DNA of 64,000 nucleotides from Desulfatiglandales bacterium (GTDB taxonomy: Bacteria; Desulfobacterota; DSM-4660; Desulfatiglandales; Desulfatiglandaceae): NCBI GenBank assembly GCA_963662465.1, contig OY759599.1, positions 1,888,001 through 1,952,000 on the forward strand, read 5' to 3'. Below are positions 28,279 to 37,588 of this stretch, one piece after another. The position numbers were made by a program, and so were the translations under genes. The first letter of the stretch is position 1. Each line of letters begins with the position of its first letter. The notes beneath the pieces were generated by a model. That model saw only the letters and a list, made by a program, of their open reading frames with translations, was not told the origin of the DNA and searched no databases.

Positions 28279-29694
28279 ATGATCCCACCCAGAACCAAAA
28301 TCGTCTGTACCCTTGGACCGGCAACCAGTTCCCAAAAGGTACTCAAAGAACTTATCCTGGCAGGCATGAATGTGGCAAGGCTCAATTTTTCACATGGCAC
28401 CCATAAAGACCATAAAAAAGTTGCCGATTCCGTGAAATCCCTGTCACGATCACTTCATCGACCCGTGGCCATCATGCTGGATCTCCAAGGACCCAAAATT
28501 CGTACGGGCCTGATCAAAGGGGGTTCCCTGACCGTAAAGGACCATGATCATTTTACCATCACAACCCGTGCTGTAAAAGGTGAACCGGGGATCATTTCGA
28601 CGACCTATCGAGGCATTACCAAAGACCTTGAGGCGGGTGATAAAATTCTCATGGATGATGGTTTAATTGAATTGAAGGTGCTATCCAAAGATAAGGCAAA
28701 TCTTTTCTGTGAGGTGGTTACCGGCGGGATGATCGGCGAACACAAGGGGATCAATCTCCCCGGAATCACAACCGGCATCCCCGCGGTTACGGAAAAGGAT
28801 AAAAAAGATCTGGAGTTCGGCTTGGATATGGGAATCGATTTTATAGCGGCCTCGTTTGTCCGCAGCGCCGGAGACGTCCGGGTCCTAAAACGCATTCTCA
28901 AAAGAAAAGGCGTCGACATTCCGGTGATTTCGAAAATTGAAAAACCCCAGGCCCTGGAAAAGCTGGAGGAAATCCTGGATGCATGCGAGGGCATCATGGT
29001 GGCTCGGGGGGACCTGGGCGTGGAACTTTCGCCTGAAAAAGTGCCGGTAGCCCAGAAAAAAATGATCACGCTTGCAAATCAGAAGCGAAAAATGGTCATT
29101 ACCGCCACCCAGATGCTGGAGTCCATGACGGAGCATCCCCTGCCCACTCGCGCCGAGGCATCGGACGTGGCCAATGCCATTCTGGACGGAACGGACGCCA
29201 TCATGCTGAGCGGAGAAACATCCGTTGGGAAATATCCCGTCCAGGCTGTGAAAATGATGGCCAGAATCGCCCGGGTAACTGAAAGTAATTTTCCCCCGGC
29301 TTCGCCTTTTACGCGAAAAGCATCTAACTTTCCCGATGCCATTTCTGAAGCCGCCTGCCTGGCGGCGGAGAACCTGGGGTTAAAAGCTATTGTGGCGTTT
29401 TCCCAATCCGGTTTTACGGCCCGGCTGATTTCAAAATACAGACCATCGGTTCCCATCATCGCCTTTACGCCCATTGAATCAGTTCAACGCTCCCTTGCCC
29501 TCAGTTGGGGCGTAGACGCCATGGTGATGCCCCTCATGGACAATACGGACATCATGATCAAGGCCATGGAAGAACAGCTGCGAAAAAGAAAACTGGTCCG
29601 GAAAAATGATCGTATCGTCATCCTTGGCGGAGCGCCTCTTAAGACACAGGGGAAAACCAACATGATGAAACTGCATGTGGTCGGAGAGGAATGA
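28279..29694 (+). CDS. pyk: Pyruvate kinase
   Basis: RTKIVCTLGPAT, ARLNFSHG, DLQGPKIR, MVARGDLGVE, ATQMLESM, PTRAEASD, MLSGET. Confidence 0.98.
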   Translation: MIPPRTKIVCTLGPATSSQKVLKELILAGMNVARLNFSHGTHKDHKKVADSVKSLSRSLHRPVAIMLDLQGPKIRTGLIKGGSLTVKDHDHFTITTRAVKGEPGIISTTYRGITKDLEAGDKILMDDGLIELKVLSKDKANLFCEVVTGGMIGEHKGINLPGITTGIPAVTEKDKKDLEFGLDMGIDFIAASFVRSAGDVRVLKRILKRKGVDIPVISKIEKPQALEKLEEILDACEGIMVARGDLGVELSPEKVPVAQKKMITLANQKRKMVITATQMLESMTEHPLPTRAEASDVANAILDGTDAIMLSGETSVGKYPVQAVKMMARIARVTESNFPPASPFTRKASNFPDAISEAACLAAENLGLKAIVAFSQSGFTARLISKYRPSVPIIAFTPIESVQRSLALSWGVDAMVMPLMDNTDIMIKAMEEQLRKRKLVRKNDRIVILGGAPLKTQGKTNMMKLHVVGEE

Positions 29695-29700
29695 CAATTG

Positions 29701-29728
29701 CGGATTTCGGATTTCGGATTTCGGAATG
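29701..29728 (+). repeat. Heptamer tandem repeat (CGGATTT)x3 plus one degenerate copy
   Basis: Read directly after the pyk stop codon. Confidence 0.85.
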
Positions 29729-29860
29729 GGAAAAGAACCGCGAGCTTCGAAATACTTGCAATTTTGAAGCGTTGTTTGGTATGTTTGGACACGGGAAGCG
29801 TGAAACATCTCCCACGAACGGTTGCGAAAAATAAATAAAACCCAATGGAATTAATATAAA

Positions 29861-31039
29861 ATGATCGGTATATCAAAACTATATTGCGGTACGGTGGAGC
29901 CCTCCGACGCCCTTCGATACGGACGGCGCTCAAAGGACCTCCCCAGCCATCTCCTTCAGTTTTCCGAAGACAAACGACCCGTGGTAGTCTGGAACATCAC
30001 CAAGGCCTGCAACCTCAAGTGCGTCCATTGCTACGCCAGGGCGGTTGAAGAAAAATCCAAGGGGGAACTCACCCATGAGCAAGGCTTGCGCTTGATCGAT
30101 GACCTGGCGGACTTCGGTTCGCCGGTGATGCTGTTCTCGGGGGGCGAACCCCTTATGCGGCCCGATCTGGTGGACCTGGCCAATTATGCGGTAAGTAAAG
30201 GAATGCGTGCGGTCATCTCCACCAACGGCACCCTCATTACACCGCAAAAAGCCAGGGAATTAAAACAGGTGGGACTTTCCTATGTGGGGGTTAGCATCGA
30301 CGGCATGGAACCGGTAAATGATCGGTTCCGCGGCAAAAAAGGCGCATTTAAAGCCGCCATGGAAGGCATCCGCAACTGCCAGGCGGTGGGCCTGAAAGTG
30401 GGACTCAGGTTCACCATCAACCGAATGAATGCAGCGGAGATTCCCCGCATCTTTGACGTGGTTGAAGAAATGGAGATTCCCCGCATCTGTTTTTATCACC
30501 TGGTATATGCGGGGCGGGGGTCCGAGCTGGTGGAAGAGGACCTGGATCATTCCCAAACCAGAGCCGCAGTAAACCTCATCATGGACCGCACCCGGGACCT
30601 TCATGATCGCGGAAAACCCAAAGAGGTGCTTACCGTGGACAACCATGCGGACGGCCCTTATGTATACCTTCGCATGCTGAAAGAAAAGGACCCAAGGGCG
30701 GAAGACGTTCTCCAATTGCTCCGAATGAATGAAGGGAACAGTTCGGGATTGGGCATCGGTTGCGTCAGCTGGGACGGTGAGGTACATGCGGACCAGTTCT
30801 GGCGCCACACCAGTTTCGGCAATGTTCTGAAACGCCCTTTCAGCGAAATCTGGTCAGATCTTTCCAATCCGTTGATGGCAAAACTCAAAGAAAAAAAGAA
30901 ACATGTCAAGGGACGTTGCGCCGTATGTCGGTGGCTGGACGTGTGCGCCGGGAATTTCAGGGTCAGGGCCGAAGCGGTGACAGGCGATATCTGGGCCGCC
31001 GAGCCGGCGTGTTACCTGACCGATGAGGAAATATCATGA
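29861..31039 (+). CDS. ahbC: 12,18-didecarboxysiroheme deacetylase (radical SAM/SPASM)
   Basis: [10 protein letters not shown] start, [25 protein letters not shown] Cys cluster; hemB/ahbD context. Confidence 0.92.
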   Translation: MIGISKLYCGTVEPSDALRYGRRSKDLPSHLLQFSEDKRPVVVWNITKACNLKCVHCYARAVEEKSKGELTHEQGLRLIDDLADFGSPVMLFSGGEPLMRPDLVDLANYAVSKGMRAVISTNGTLITPQKARELKQVGLSYVGVSIDGMEPVNDRFRGKKGAFKAAMEGIRNCQAVGLKVGLRFTINRMNAAEIPRIFDVVEEMEIPRICFYHLVYAGRGSELVEEDLDHSQTRAAVNLIMDRTRDLHDRGKPKEVLTVDNHADGPYVYLRMLKEKDPRAEDVLQLLRMNEGNSSGLGIGCVSWDGEVHADQFWRHTSFGNVLKRPFSEIWSDLSNPLMAKLKEKKKHVKGRCAVCRWLDVCAGNFRVRAEAVTGDIWAAEPACYLTDEEIS

Positions 31040-31064
31040 AAATTCAATTGGGAGAAATCAACCC

Positions 31065-32045
31065 ATGATCATACGACCGAGACGACTGAGACGGACCAAG
31101 GCCATCCGCGAAATGGTTCGAGAGACCCGGCTTTCCACAAAGGATTTTATTGCACCCCTGTTTGTGAAACACGGGAAAAACGTCAAGGACCCCATCCCCT
31201 CCATGCCCGGCCAGTTTCAATTTTCCCCTGATACCCTTGTGGGAGAGGCCGAAGAACTCTGGGCCTTAGGCGTTCCCGCTTTGATCCTTTTTGGCCTGCC
31301 GGACAAAAAAGACCCCACGGGAAGCCGCTCCTGGGCGGAAGACGGCATTGTGCAAACAGGCGTCAAGGCCGTCAAAGACCGTTTACCGGACATGGTGGTC
31401 ATAACGGATGTGTGCCTTTGCGAATACACAGATCACGGGCATTGCGGCGTCATTTTAAACGGCGTCGTGGATAATGATGCCACGTTGGATCTACTGGCCC
31501 GACAGGCCGTCAGCCATTGCGAAGCAGGCGCTGACTTCGTTGCCCCTTCCGATATGATGGACGGCCGTGTCGGCCATATTCGACGCGCCCTGGATGAAGC
31601 CGACTATGCGGACCGGGGCATTCTTTCCTATGCCGTCAAATACGCTTCCGCATTTTACGGTCCCTTTCGGGATGCCGCGGACTCGGCGCCCCAGTTTGGT
31701 GATCGCACCGGCTACCAGATGGACCCGGCCAATGCTCTTGAAGCCCTTAAGGAGGCGGAGCTGGACATTGCGGAGGGCGCAGACATGATCATGGTCAAAC
31801 CCGCCCTGCCCTATCTGGATATTATATCCCGGGTTCGCGATATCAGTCTGCTTCCCCTGGCGGCTTACAATGTGAGCGGCGAATACGCCATGGTCAAGGC
31901 GGCAGCGGAAAAAGGATGGCTGGATGGGGAACGGACCATGATGGAAATGCTGGTGGCCATTAAGCGGGCGGGCGCCGACCTGATTCTGACCTATTTTGCA
32001 AAGGAAGCGGCCCAAAAATTGAGAAACCAATCCTATGGATACTAA
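31065..32045 (+). CDS. hemB: Porphobilinogen synthase (ALA dehydratase)
   Basis: [47 protein letters not shown]. Confidence 0.98.
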   Translation: MIIRPRRLRRTKAIREMVRETRLSTKDFIAPLFVKHGKNVKDPIPSMPGQFQFSPDTLVGEAEELWALGVPALILFGLPDKKDPTGSRSWAEDGIVQTGVKAVKDRLPDMVVITDVCLCEYTDHGHCGVILNGVVDNDATLDLLARQAVSHCEAGADFVAPSDMMDGRVGHIRRALDEADYADRGILSYAVKYASAFYGPFRDAADSAPQFGDRTGYQMDPANALEALKEAELDIAEGADMIMVKPALPYLDIISRVRDISLLPLAAYNVSGEYAMVKAAAEKGWLDGERTMMEMLVAIKRAGADLILTYFAKEAAQKLRNQSYGY

Positions 32046-33132
32046 TATGCATCCCGAAAAAATTCAAAAAGCAGGATCTTCGCTTCGTCTCGTGGCCTGG
32101 GAGTTAACACGGAAATGCAACCTGAATTGCGTTCACTGCCGCGCCGGCGCGGACCGGGGGCCCTACCCCGGCGAACTGGAAACCGGCAAATGCATTGAAA
32201 TACTGGAACAGATCCGGGCCGTGGGGAACCCCATCGTGATCCTCACGGGGGGTGAACCCCTTTTGAGGGAAGACATCTTTGATCTGGCCCGGGCGGGAAC
32301 CCAAATGGGCCTCCGCATGGTCATGGCCACCAACGGCACCCTGTTGACGCCTGAAAAAATTGAGCAAATGAAAACAAGCGGCATCAAGCGGGTCAGCATC
32401 TCCATCGATGGTGCAACGGCTGCGCAACATGACGCCTTCAGACAAATGCCGGGGGCCTATAACCAGGCACTTAACGGGATTTCACTACTGAACCAAAACG
32501 ATTTCGAATTCCAGATCAACACCACCGTTAGCCGCCACAACGTGAAAGACCTTGAAAAAATCCTGAACCTGACCGTTGAACTGGGGGCCGCAGCCCACCA
32601 TATTTTCCTGCTGGTACCCACGGGCCGGGCCAAGGAAATGGTCAACCAGGAAATCGATGCGATGGAATATGAAAACCTGCTCCACTGGTTTTACCGCATG
32701 CGGGATAAAGTCCCCCTTCACCTGAAGGCCACCTGCGCGCCCCATTACTATCGGATACTGCGCCAGGAAGCGCGAAAAAAAGGTGAAAAAGTCAGTTTTG
32801 AGACCTATGGCCTTGACGCCGTCACCCGGGGGTGTCTGGGTGGAACGGCCTTCTGCTTTATTTCCAACACGGGGATTGTGCAGCCCTGCGGTTATCTGGA
32901 GTTGGGTTGCGGGGACCTCAAAACGTCCTCTTTTCAATCGGTTTGGGGAAACTCCGAAATTTTCAATGCGTTAAGAGATTTTTCAGGGTATAAGGGGAAA
33001 TGTGGTCGATGCGGTTACATCCGGGTTTGCGGCGGCTGTCGGGCGCGTGCCTATGAGGCTACGGGCGATTATCTGGCTGAGGAACCCCTGTGCGCGTATG
33101 AACCCGGCGGACATAACGGCGGTAGCCATTAG
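32035..33132 (+). CDS. ahbD: Heme b synthase (Fe-coproporphyrin III decarboxylase, radical SAM/SPASM)
   Basis: [46 protein letters not shown]. Confidence 0.92.
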   Translation: MDTNMHPEKIQKAGSSLRLVAWELTRKCNLNCVHCRAGADRGPYPGELETGKCIEILEQIRAVGNPIVILTGGEPLLREDIFDLARAGTQMGLRMVMATNGTLLTPEKIEQMKTSGIKRVSISIDGATAAQHDAFRQMPGAYNQALNGISLLNQNDFEFQINTTVSRHNVKDLEKILNLTVELGAAAHHIFLLVPTGRAKEMVNQEIDAMEYENLLHWFYRMRDKVPLHLKATCAPHYYRILRQEARKKGEKVSFETYGLDAVTRGCLGGTAFCFISNTGIVQPCGYLELGCGDLKTSSFQSVWGNSEIFNALRDFSGYKGKCGRCGYIRVCGGCRARAYEATGDYLAEEPLCAYEPGGHNGGSH

Positions 33133-33198
33133 CGTTTAAACGAAAATGAAAGGTGAAGAGCGAAAAGTAACCACTCTTCACTCTTCTTGCAGTGAAAA

Positions 33199-34221
33199 AT
33201 GAACTTCATCAATCGAAAAAAAGAAATTAAATACCTTAACGCCCACTTTAAGAGCGAACCCAATTGTTTGCTTTTTGTTTATGGACCGAAAAGCAGTGGT
33301 AAAAGTTCCCTTTTGGATAACATCGTAAAACAATTGGATAAAGACCGATATGCCATCAATTTTTTGGATTTGCGCCGGGTTATTATTTATGATTTCAACT
33401 CATTTTTAGATATTTTTTTCCAGGAAGATATCAAAGAGAAAACAAAGGATATTTTACGAGGCCTTACAATTAACGCGGGCTTTTTTAAGATAAAAGTTGA
33501 TGAAAAGGCAATGCTTAAAAAGAATGCCTTTAAAATAATTTCAGATAAGCTGGAATCCGCAAAAAATTCGGGCATACAGCCTGTCATAATCATTGATGAG
33601 ATACAATTGCTAAAGAATATCTATGTAAACGGCGAGCGTTATTTAATTGACGAACTTTTCAATCTTTTTATCGCATTAACAAAAGTGACCCATTCAACGC
33701 ATGTGGTACTTTGCACATCGGATTCTTACTTCATAGAAGAGATTTATAAAAGCGCAAAGCTTTCAAAAACCAGCGAATTTTTTCTCCTTGACCATTTCGA
33801 AAAAGAGATTGTTTACAGCTGGCTAAAAACGGAAAGTTTCAAAGATGAAGAGATCAACGCAATATGGAACCGCATAGGAGGATGTCCCTGGGAGATTAGC
33901 CGGATCATCGAAAAGCGAAGGCAAGGCGAAGAATCCGTTGAGCAGATATGTCTGCGTTTTATAGAAGATGAATTCGGCAAACTTGATAATTTTCTACTTT
34001 CTTTTTCTGAAGCAAAAGAGGCTGTTTTTTTTGAAGTGATAAACCGAATCGTAAAGGACGGCTTTTGCAACATAAGAGAAATTAAAAATAAAACCGTCGT
34101 TTTAGAATTGCTAAAAGAGATGATCGCCCATGATTTTTGGTTTTATGTGGCCAACAAGAGGGAGATTACAGCAAATTCGAAGAGTATATATCGCGCATTT
34201 GAAAAATTCTTGGATGGATAG
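33199..34221 (+). CDS. Archaeal-type ATPase (ATPase_2 family), AT-rich insertion
   Basis: FINRKKE, YGPKSSGKS Walker A, IIIDEIQ Walker B, ELFNLF.ALTK, TSDSYFIE; visibly AT-richer than flanks. Confidence 0.85.
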   Translation: MNFINRKKEIKYLNAHFKSEPNCLLFVYGPKSSGKSSLLDNIVKQLDKDRYAINFLDLRRVIIYDFNSFLDIFFQEDIKEKTKDILRGLTINAGFFKIKVDEKAMLKKNAFKIISDKLESAKNSGIQPVIIIDEIQLLKNIYVNGERYLIDELFNLFIALTKVTHSTHVVLCTSDSYFIEEIYKSAKLSKTSEFFLLDHFEKEIVYSWLKTESFKDEEINAIWNRIGGCPWEISRIIEKRRQGEESVEQICLRFIEDEFGKLDNFLLSFSEAKEAVFFEVINRIVKDGFCNIREIKNKTVVLELLKEMIAHDFWFYVANKREITANSKSIYRAFEKFLDG

Positions 34222-34251
34222 GCTCGCGGCATAGCCGATAAAGGCACTCCG

Positions 34252-34698
34252 ATGGACATGAAGTACCGGAAAATTCTGAACGAAATTCAGTCCGATTTCC
34301 CCATTTCGTCGCGGCCCTATCGCGATCTGGGGGAAAAACTCAATATGACGGAAAGTGAGGTCCTTGACGCCGTAGCTCACCTGAAAGAAAGAGGCATTAT
34401 CCGGCGAATCGGCGGTAATTTTCAGTCCTCTCGACTCGATTTTGTCAGCACCCTCTGTGCCGCACGCGTACCGGAAGAGAAAATTGATCGTTTTGTGGAA
34501 ACGGTAAACGCTTATCCGGGGGTAACCCACAATTACTTGAGAGCCCATTCCTATAACATCTGGTTTACCTTTATTGCGGAAAGGATGGATGTGATCGAAG
34601 CGGCACTTGAAGTCATACGGCGGAAAACCGGCGTGACGGAAATTTTAAATCTCCCCGCCGAAGAAATGTTTAAAATAAAAGTTGACTTTGCGGTGTAA
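34252..34698 (+). CDS. ahbA: Siroheme decarboxylase subunit alpha (Lrp/AsnC fold)
   Basis: IQSDFPI..RPY, IIRRIG, STLCAARVP, GVTHNYLR...YNIWFT. Confidence 0.88.
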   Translation: MDMKYRKILNEIQSDFPISSRPYRDLGEKLNMTESEVLDAVAHLKERGIIRRIGGNFQSSRLDFVSTLCAARVPEEKIDRFVETVNAYPGVTHNYLRAHSYNIWFTFIAERMDVIEAALEVIRRKTGVTEILNLPAEEMFKIKVDFAV

Positions 34699-34728
34699 GT
34701 GAATCCCGAAAACGAGGTTTGCCCGGAA

Positions 34729-36144
34729 ATGAAGGCTAACAGCCTGATATTCATTGTGGATGATGAGCCCACGGCCAGAAACCTGATGTCGAAATGGGTT
34801 CAAAAATTCGGCTATGAAGTCAGAACATTCAGCGACGGCGAGCAATGTCTCGAGGCCCTGGATGAAGGGCCGACGGCCATCTGCCTGGATATCATGATGC
34901 CGGGACTGGACGGCATCGAGGTCTTGAAACGCATTCAAAACATCGAAAAAGAACTTCCCGTCATCATGGTCACCGCCAAGGATTCATTGGAACTGGCCGT
35001 CAACGCCATGAAGCTGGGCGCCTATGATTACATCCGGAAGCCCATCGACCGAAGCAGACTGGAGACATCTCTGAATAAGGCTGTTGAAAAATATACCCTA
35101 GCCAAAAGAATCAGCCAACTTCAGAAAGAGTTGGGACATACCTACTCATTTCACAACATCATCGGCAAGACCGCCGTGATGGAAAAGGTCTTCAACCAGA
35201 TTGAAAAGGTGGCCAACAACAATATCAACGTTTTTATTCAGGGAGAGAGCGGTACGGGAAAGGAACTCGTGGCCAGGGCCATTCACTACCAGGGATCCCG
35301 CAAGGAAGGACCCTTTGAAGCCGTCAATTGCGGCGCCATACCGGAAAACCTTCAGGAGAGTGAATTTTTCGGGTATGAAAAGGGAGCGTTTACCGGCGCT
35401 TTTCGGTCCCAGGCGGGCAAAATCGAGGTGGCTCACGGCGGCACCCTGTTTCTGGATGAAGTGGGCGATATGTCGCCGAGTCTTCAAATCAAACTCCTCC
35501 GTTTTCTTGAAACCAGAACCATTGAACGTGTGGGGGGCCGAAAACGCATTTCGGTGGATGTGCGCATTATTTCCGCCACCAACAAAATGCTGAAAGAGGA
35601 AACGGAAACCGGCAATTTCAGGGAAGACCTCTATTACCGCCTGATGGTTTACCCCATCACCATACCGCCCCTCAGAGATCGAAAAGAGGATATTTCGGTC
35701 CTGGTGCAACACTTTCTAAATAAATACATGAAGGAAACCAAAAAGGATATCCGCTCCGTTGATCATAATACCATGGAAGCGATGGTTGCTTACGATTGGC
35801 CGGGAAATGTCAGGGAACTGGAAAATGTCATCCAGCGGGCCATGGTTACCTCGGACAGCGATCGGTTGGAAATCTCGACCCTTCCTTCGGAAATTGCCGA
35901 AGGCTCTCGACCCGTATCCAATGAAGGTCCTCCCAAAGAGGGTAAAAACGAAGTCCCAATGGATTTCACTTCCCGGGAAGTGAAATCCCTTTCAACCATG
36001 GAAAAAATGGCCATGCTCAACGCCCTCGACATCACCCGGGGAAATCTGGCGTTGACGGCCAAGAAGCTTGAAATTTCAAGGGCAACCCTTTACCGAAAAA
36101 TCGACAAATATGATCTTCGCAACCTGAGTCCTTTTTTAAAATAA
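34729..36144 (+). CDS. NtrC-family sigma-54-dependent response regulator
   Basis: REC domain, GESGTGKE, GAFTGA, LFLDEVG, WPGNVRELEN, Fis HTH; start may be GTG 34699. Confidence 0.95.
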   Translation: MKANSLIFIVDDEPTARNLMSKWVQKFGYEVRTFSDGEQCLEALDEGPTAICLDIMMPGLDGIEVLKRIQNIEKELPVIMVTAKDSLELAVNAMKLGAYDYIRKPIDRSRLETSLNKAVEKYTLAKRISQLQKELGHTYSFHNIIGKTAVMEKVFNQIEKVANNNINVFIQGESGTGKELVARAIHYQGSRKEGPFEAVNCGAIPENLQESEFFGYEKGAFTGAFRSQAGKIEVAHGGTLFLDEVGDMSPSLQIKLLRFLETRTIERVGGRKRISVDVRIISATNKMLKEETETGNFREDLYYRLMVYPITIPPLRDRKEDISVLVQHFLNKYMKETKKDIRSVDHNTMEAMVAYDWPGNVRELENVIQRAMVTSDSDRLEISTLPSEIAEGSRPVSNEGPPKEGKNEVPMDFTSREVKSLSTMEKMAMLNALDITRGNLALTAKKLEISRATLYRKIDKYDLRNLSPFLK

Positions 36145-36178
36145 AAAATCTATGTCGTTTCTGGGAGTTCATTGATAA

Positions 36179-36210
36179 AAAACTTAAAACGTAAAACTTA
36201 AAACCGCGGC
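36179..36210. repeat. Heptamer tandem (AAAACTT/AAAACGT) element; related copies at 24651 and 53114
   Basis: Reverse complement GCGGTTTTAAGTTTT also occurs at 24651, and CGGTTTTAAGTTTTAAGTTTT at 53114. Confidence 0.7.
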
Positions 36211-36233
36211 TTGCCGCACTAGAGGTGTATGCT

Positions 36234-36653
36234 ATGTTTAAAAACATTCTGGTTCCAACGGATTTTCTGGATAAAGATCACCATGCCCTGAATATTGCCT
36301 TAAAGCTTTGCTCTATAGACAACGGTAAAATTTCACTGCTGCATGTTATCGAAGTAATCCAAAACACGACTTTTGAAGAATTTGAGGACTTTTACGGCGG
36401 TCTTGAAAAACGTTCCTACAAAGACCTCAATGCCATCATTGACATCCTCGGCACAACGGAAACAACCATAGAGCCACAGGTTGTATATGGCAACAGGACT
36501 CAGGAAATTGTCCGCTATGCGGAACAAAACCAGGTCGATCTGATCATCATGAAATCTCACAGGATCAAACTTGAGGATCGAAGTCAGGGGTGGGGAACCA
36601 TCAGCTACAAGGTGAGCATTCTGGCTCAATGCCCTGTTATGCTGGTCAAATAG
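36234..36653 (+). CDS. Universal stress protein
   Basis: FKNILVPTDF, LLHVIE, DLIIM.SH, CPVMLVK. Confidence 0.92.
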   Translation: MFKNILVPTDFLDKDHHALNIALKLCSIDNGKISLLHVIEVIQNTTFEEFEDFYGGLEKRSYKDLNAIIDILGTTETTIEPQVVYGNRTQEIVRYAEQNQVDLIIMKSHRIKLEDRSQGWGTISYKVSILAQCPVMLVK

Positions 36654-36707
36654 CCGGTTCCGCCGGACAGGCATCCACTTAAAACAAAAAATTTCGGAGG
36701 GTACGCG

Positions 36708-37520
36708 GTGACATCAAAAAAAGCCGAAATGGAAGGACAAAACAACCTGACCCTGAATAAAATAGTCGATCATGTGGGTATCGTTACCATGAATAACGGC
36801 AAACACCTGAACGCTCTTGGTGCGAATCTGGTTCAGGGGATACTGGATTCGTTGGACCTGTTTGAAGCCAACGAAGTACGGACCGTCATCCTGCGGGCCG
36901 CTCCCGGTGCAAAAGTGTGGTCGGCGGGACACAATATCAAGGAAATCCCCCTGGATGGTCAGGACCCCATTACCTGGAATGTGCCATTTGAAAAGCTCCT
37001 TCACAGTGTGCGCAACTTTCCCATGCCGGTGATCGGCATGATCGAAGGAAGCGTCTGGGGCGGCGCATGCGACCTCGCCATGACATGCGACATTCTGGTG
37101 GGCACGCCTGGCGCGACCTTCGCCATCACGCCGGTAAAACTGGGCCTTTCCTACAATACCGCGGGCGTAAATCATTTTCTCGGGGTACTGCCCGTTCATA
37201 TTATAAAGGAAATGCTTTTTACAGCCCAACCGCTTTCAGCGGAAGATGCCTTCCGGCTGGGGCTGCTGAACCGTCTGGTGTCGCCTGACGACCTTGAAAA
37301 AGCCACCATGGGGATTGCAAGGGATATTGCGAGCCGGGCGCCCCTGGCGGTCCGTGTCCTAAAAAAGGAAATGCAGCGACTGACGGCAGGGCCGGGAATT
37401 TCCCCGGACGACTTCGAGGAAATTCAGGGGCTCCGGCGGGAAGCCTACCGGAGCGATGACTTTCAAGAAGGCATCCGATCATTTTTTGAAAAACGAAATC
37501 CCGTTTTTACCGGTAAGTAA
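36708..37520 (+). CDS. scpB: Methylmalonyl-CoA decarboxylase (crotonase fold, biotin-independent)
   Basis: VWSAGH.I.E.P..G.DP, EGSVWGGA, MLFTA.P; resembles E. coli ScpB as recalled. Confidence 0.8.
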   Translation: MTSKKAEMEGQNNLTLNKIVDHVGIVTMNNGKHLNALGANLVQGILDSLDLFEANEVRTVILRAAPGAKVWSAGHNIKEIPLDGQDPITWNVPFEKLLHSVRNFPMPVIGMIEGSVWGGACDLAMTCDILVGTPGATFAITPVKLGLSYNTAGVNHFLGVLPVHIIKEMLFTAQPLSAEDAFRLGLLNRLVSPDDLEKATMGIARDIASRAPLAVRVLKKEMQRLTAGPGISPDDFEEIQGLRREAYRSDDFQEGIRSFFEKRNPVFTGK

Positions 37521-37588
37521 TCCAGATAAACCGCAGTGGTTTGCTATTCCACGTTGACGGAAGACATTGGAATAAGAAAAAAAGTCCT

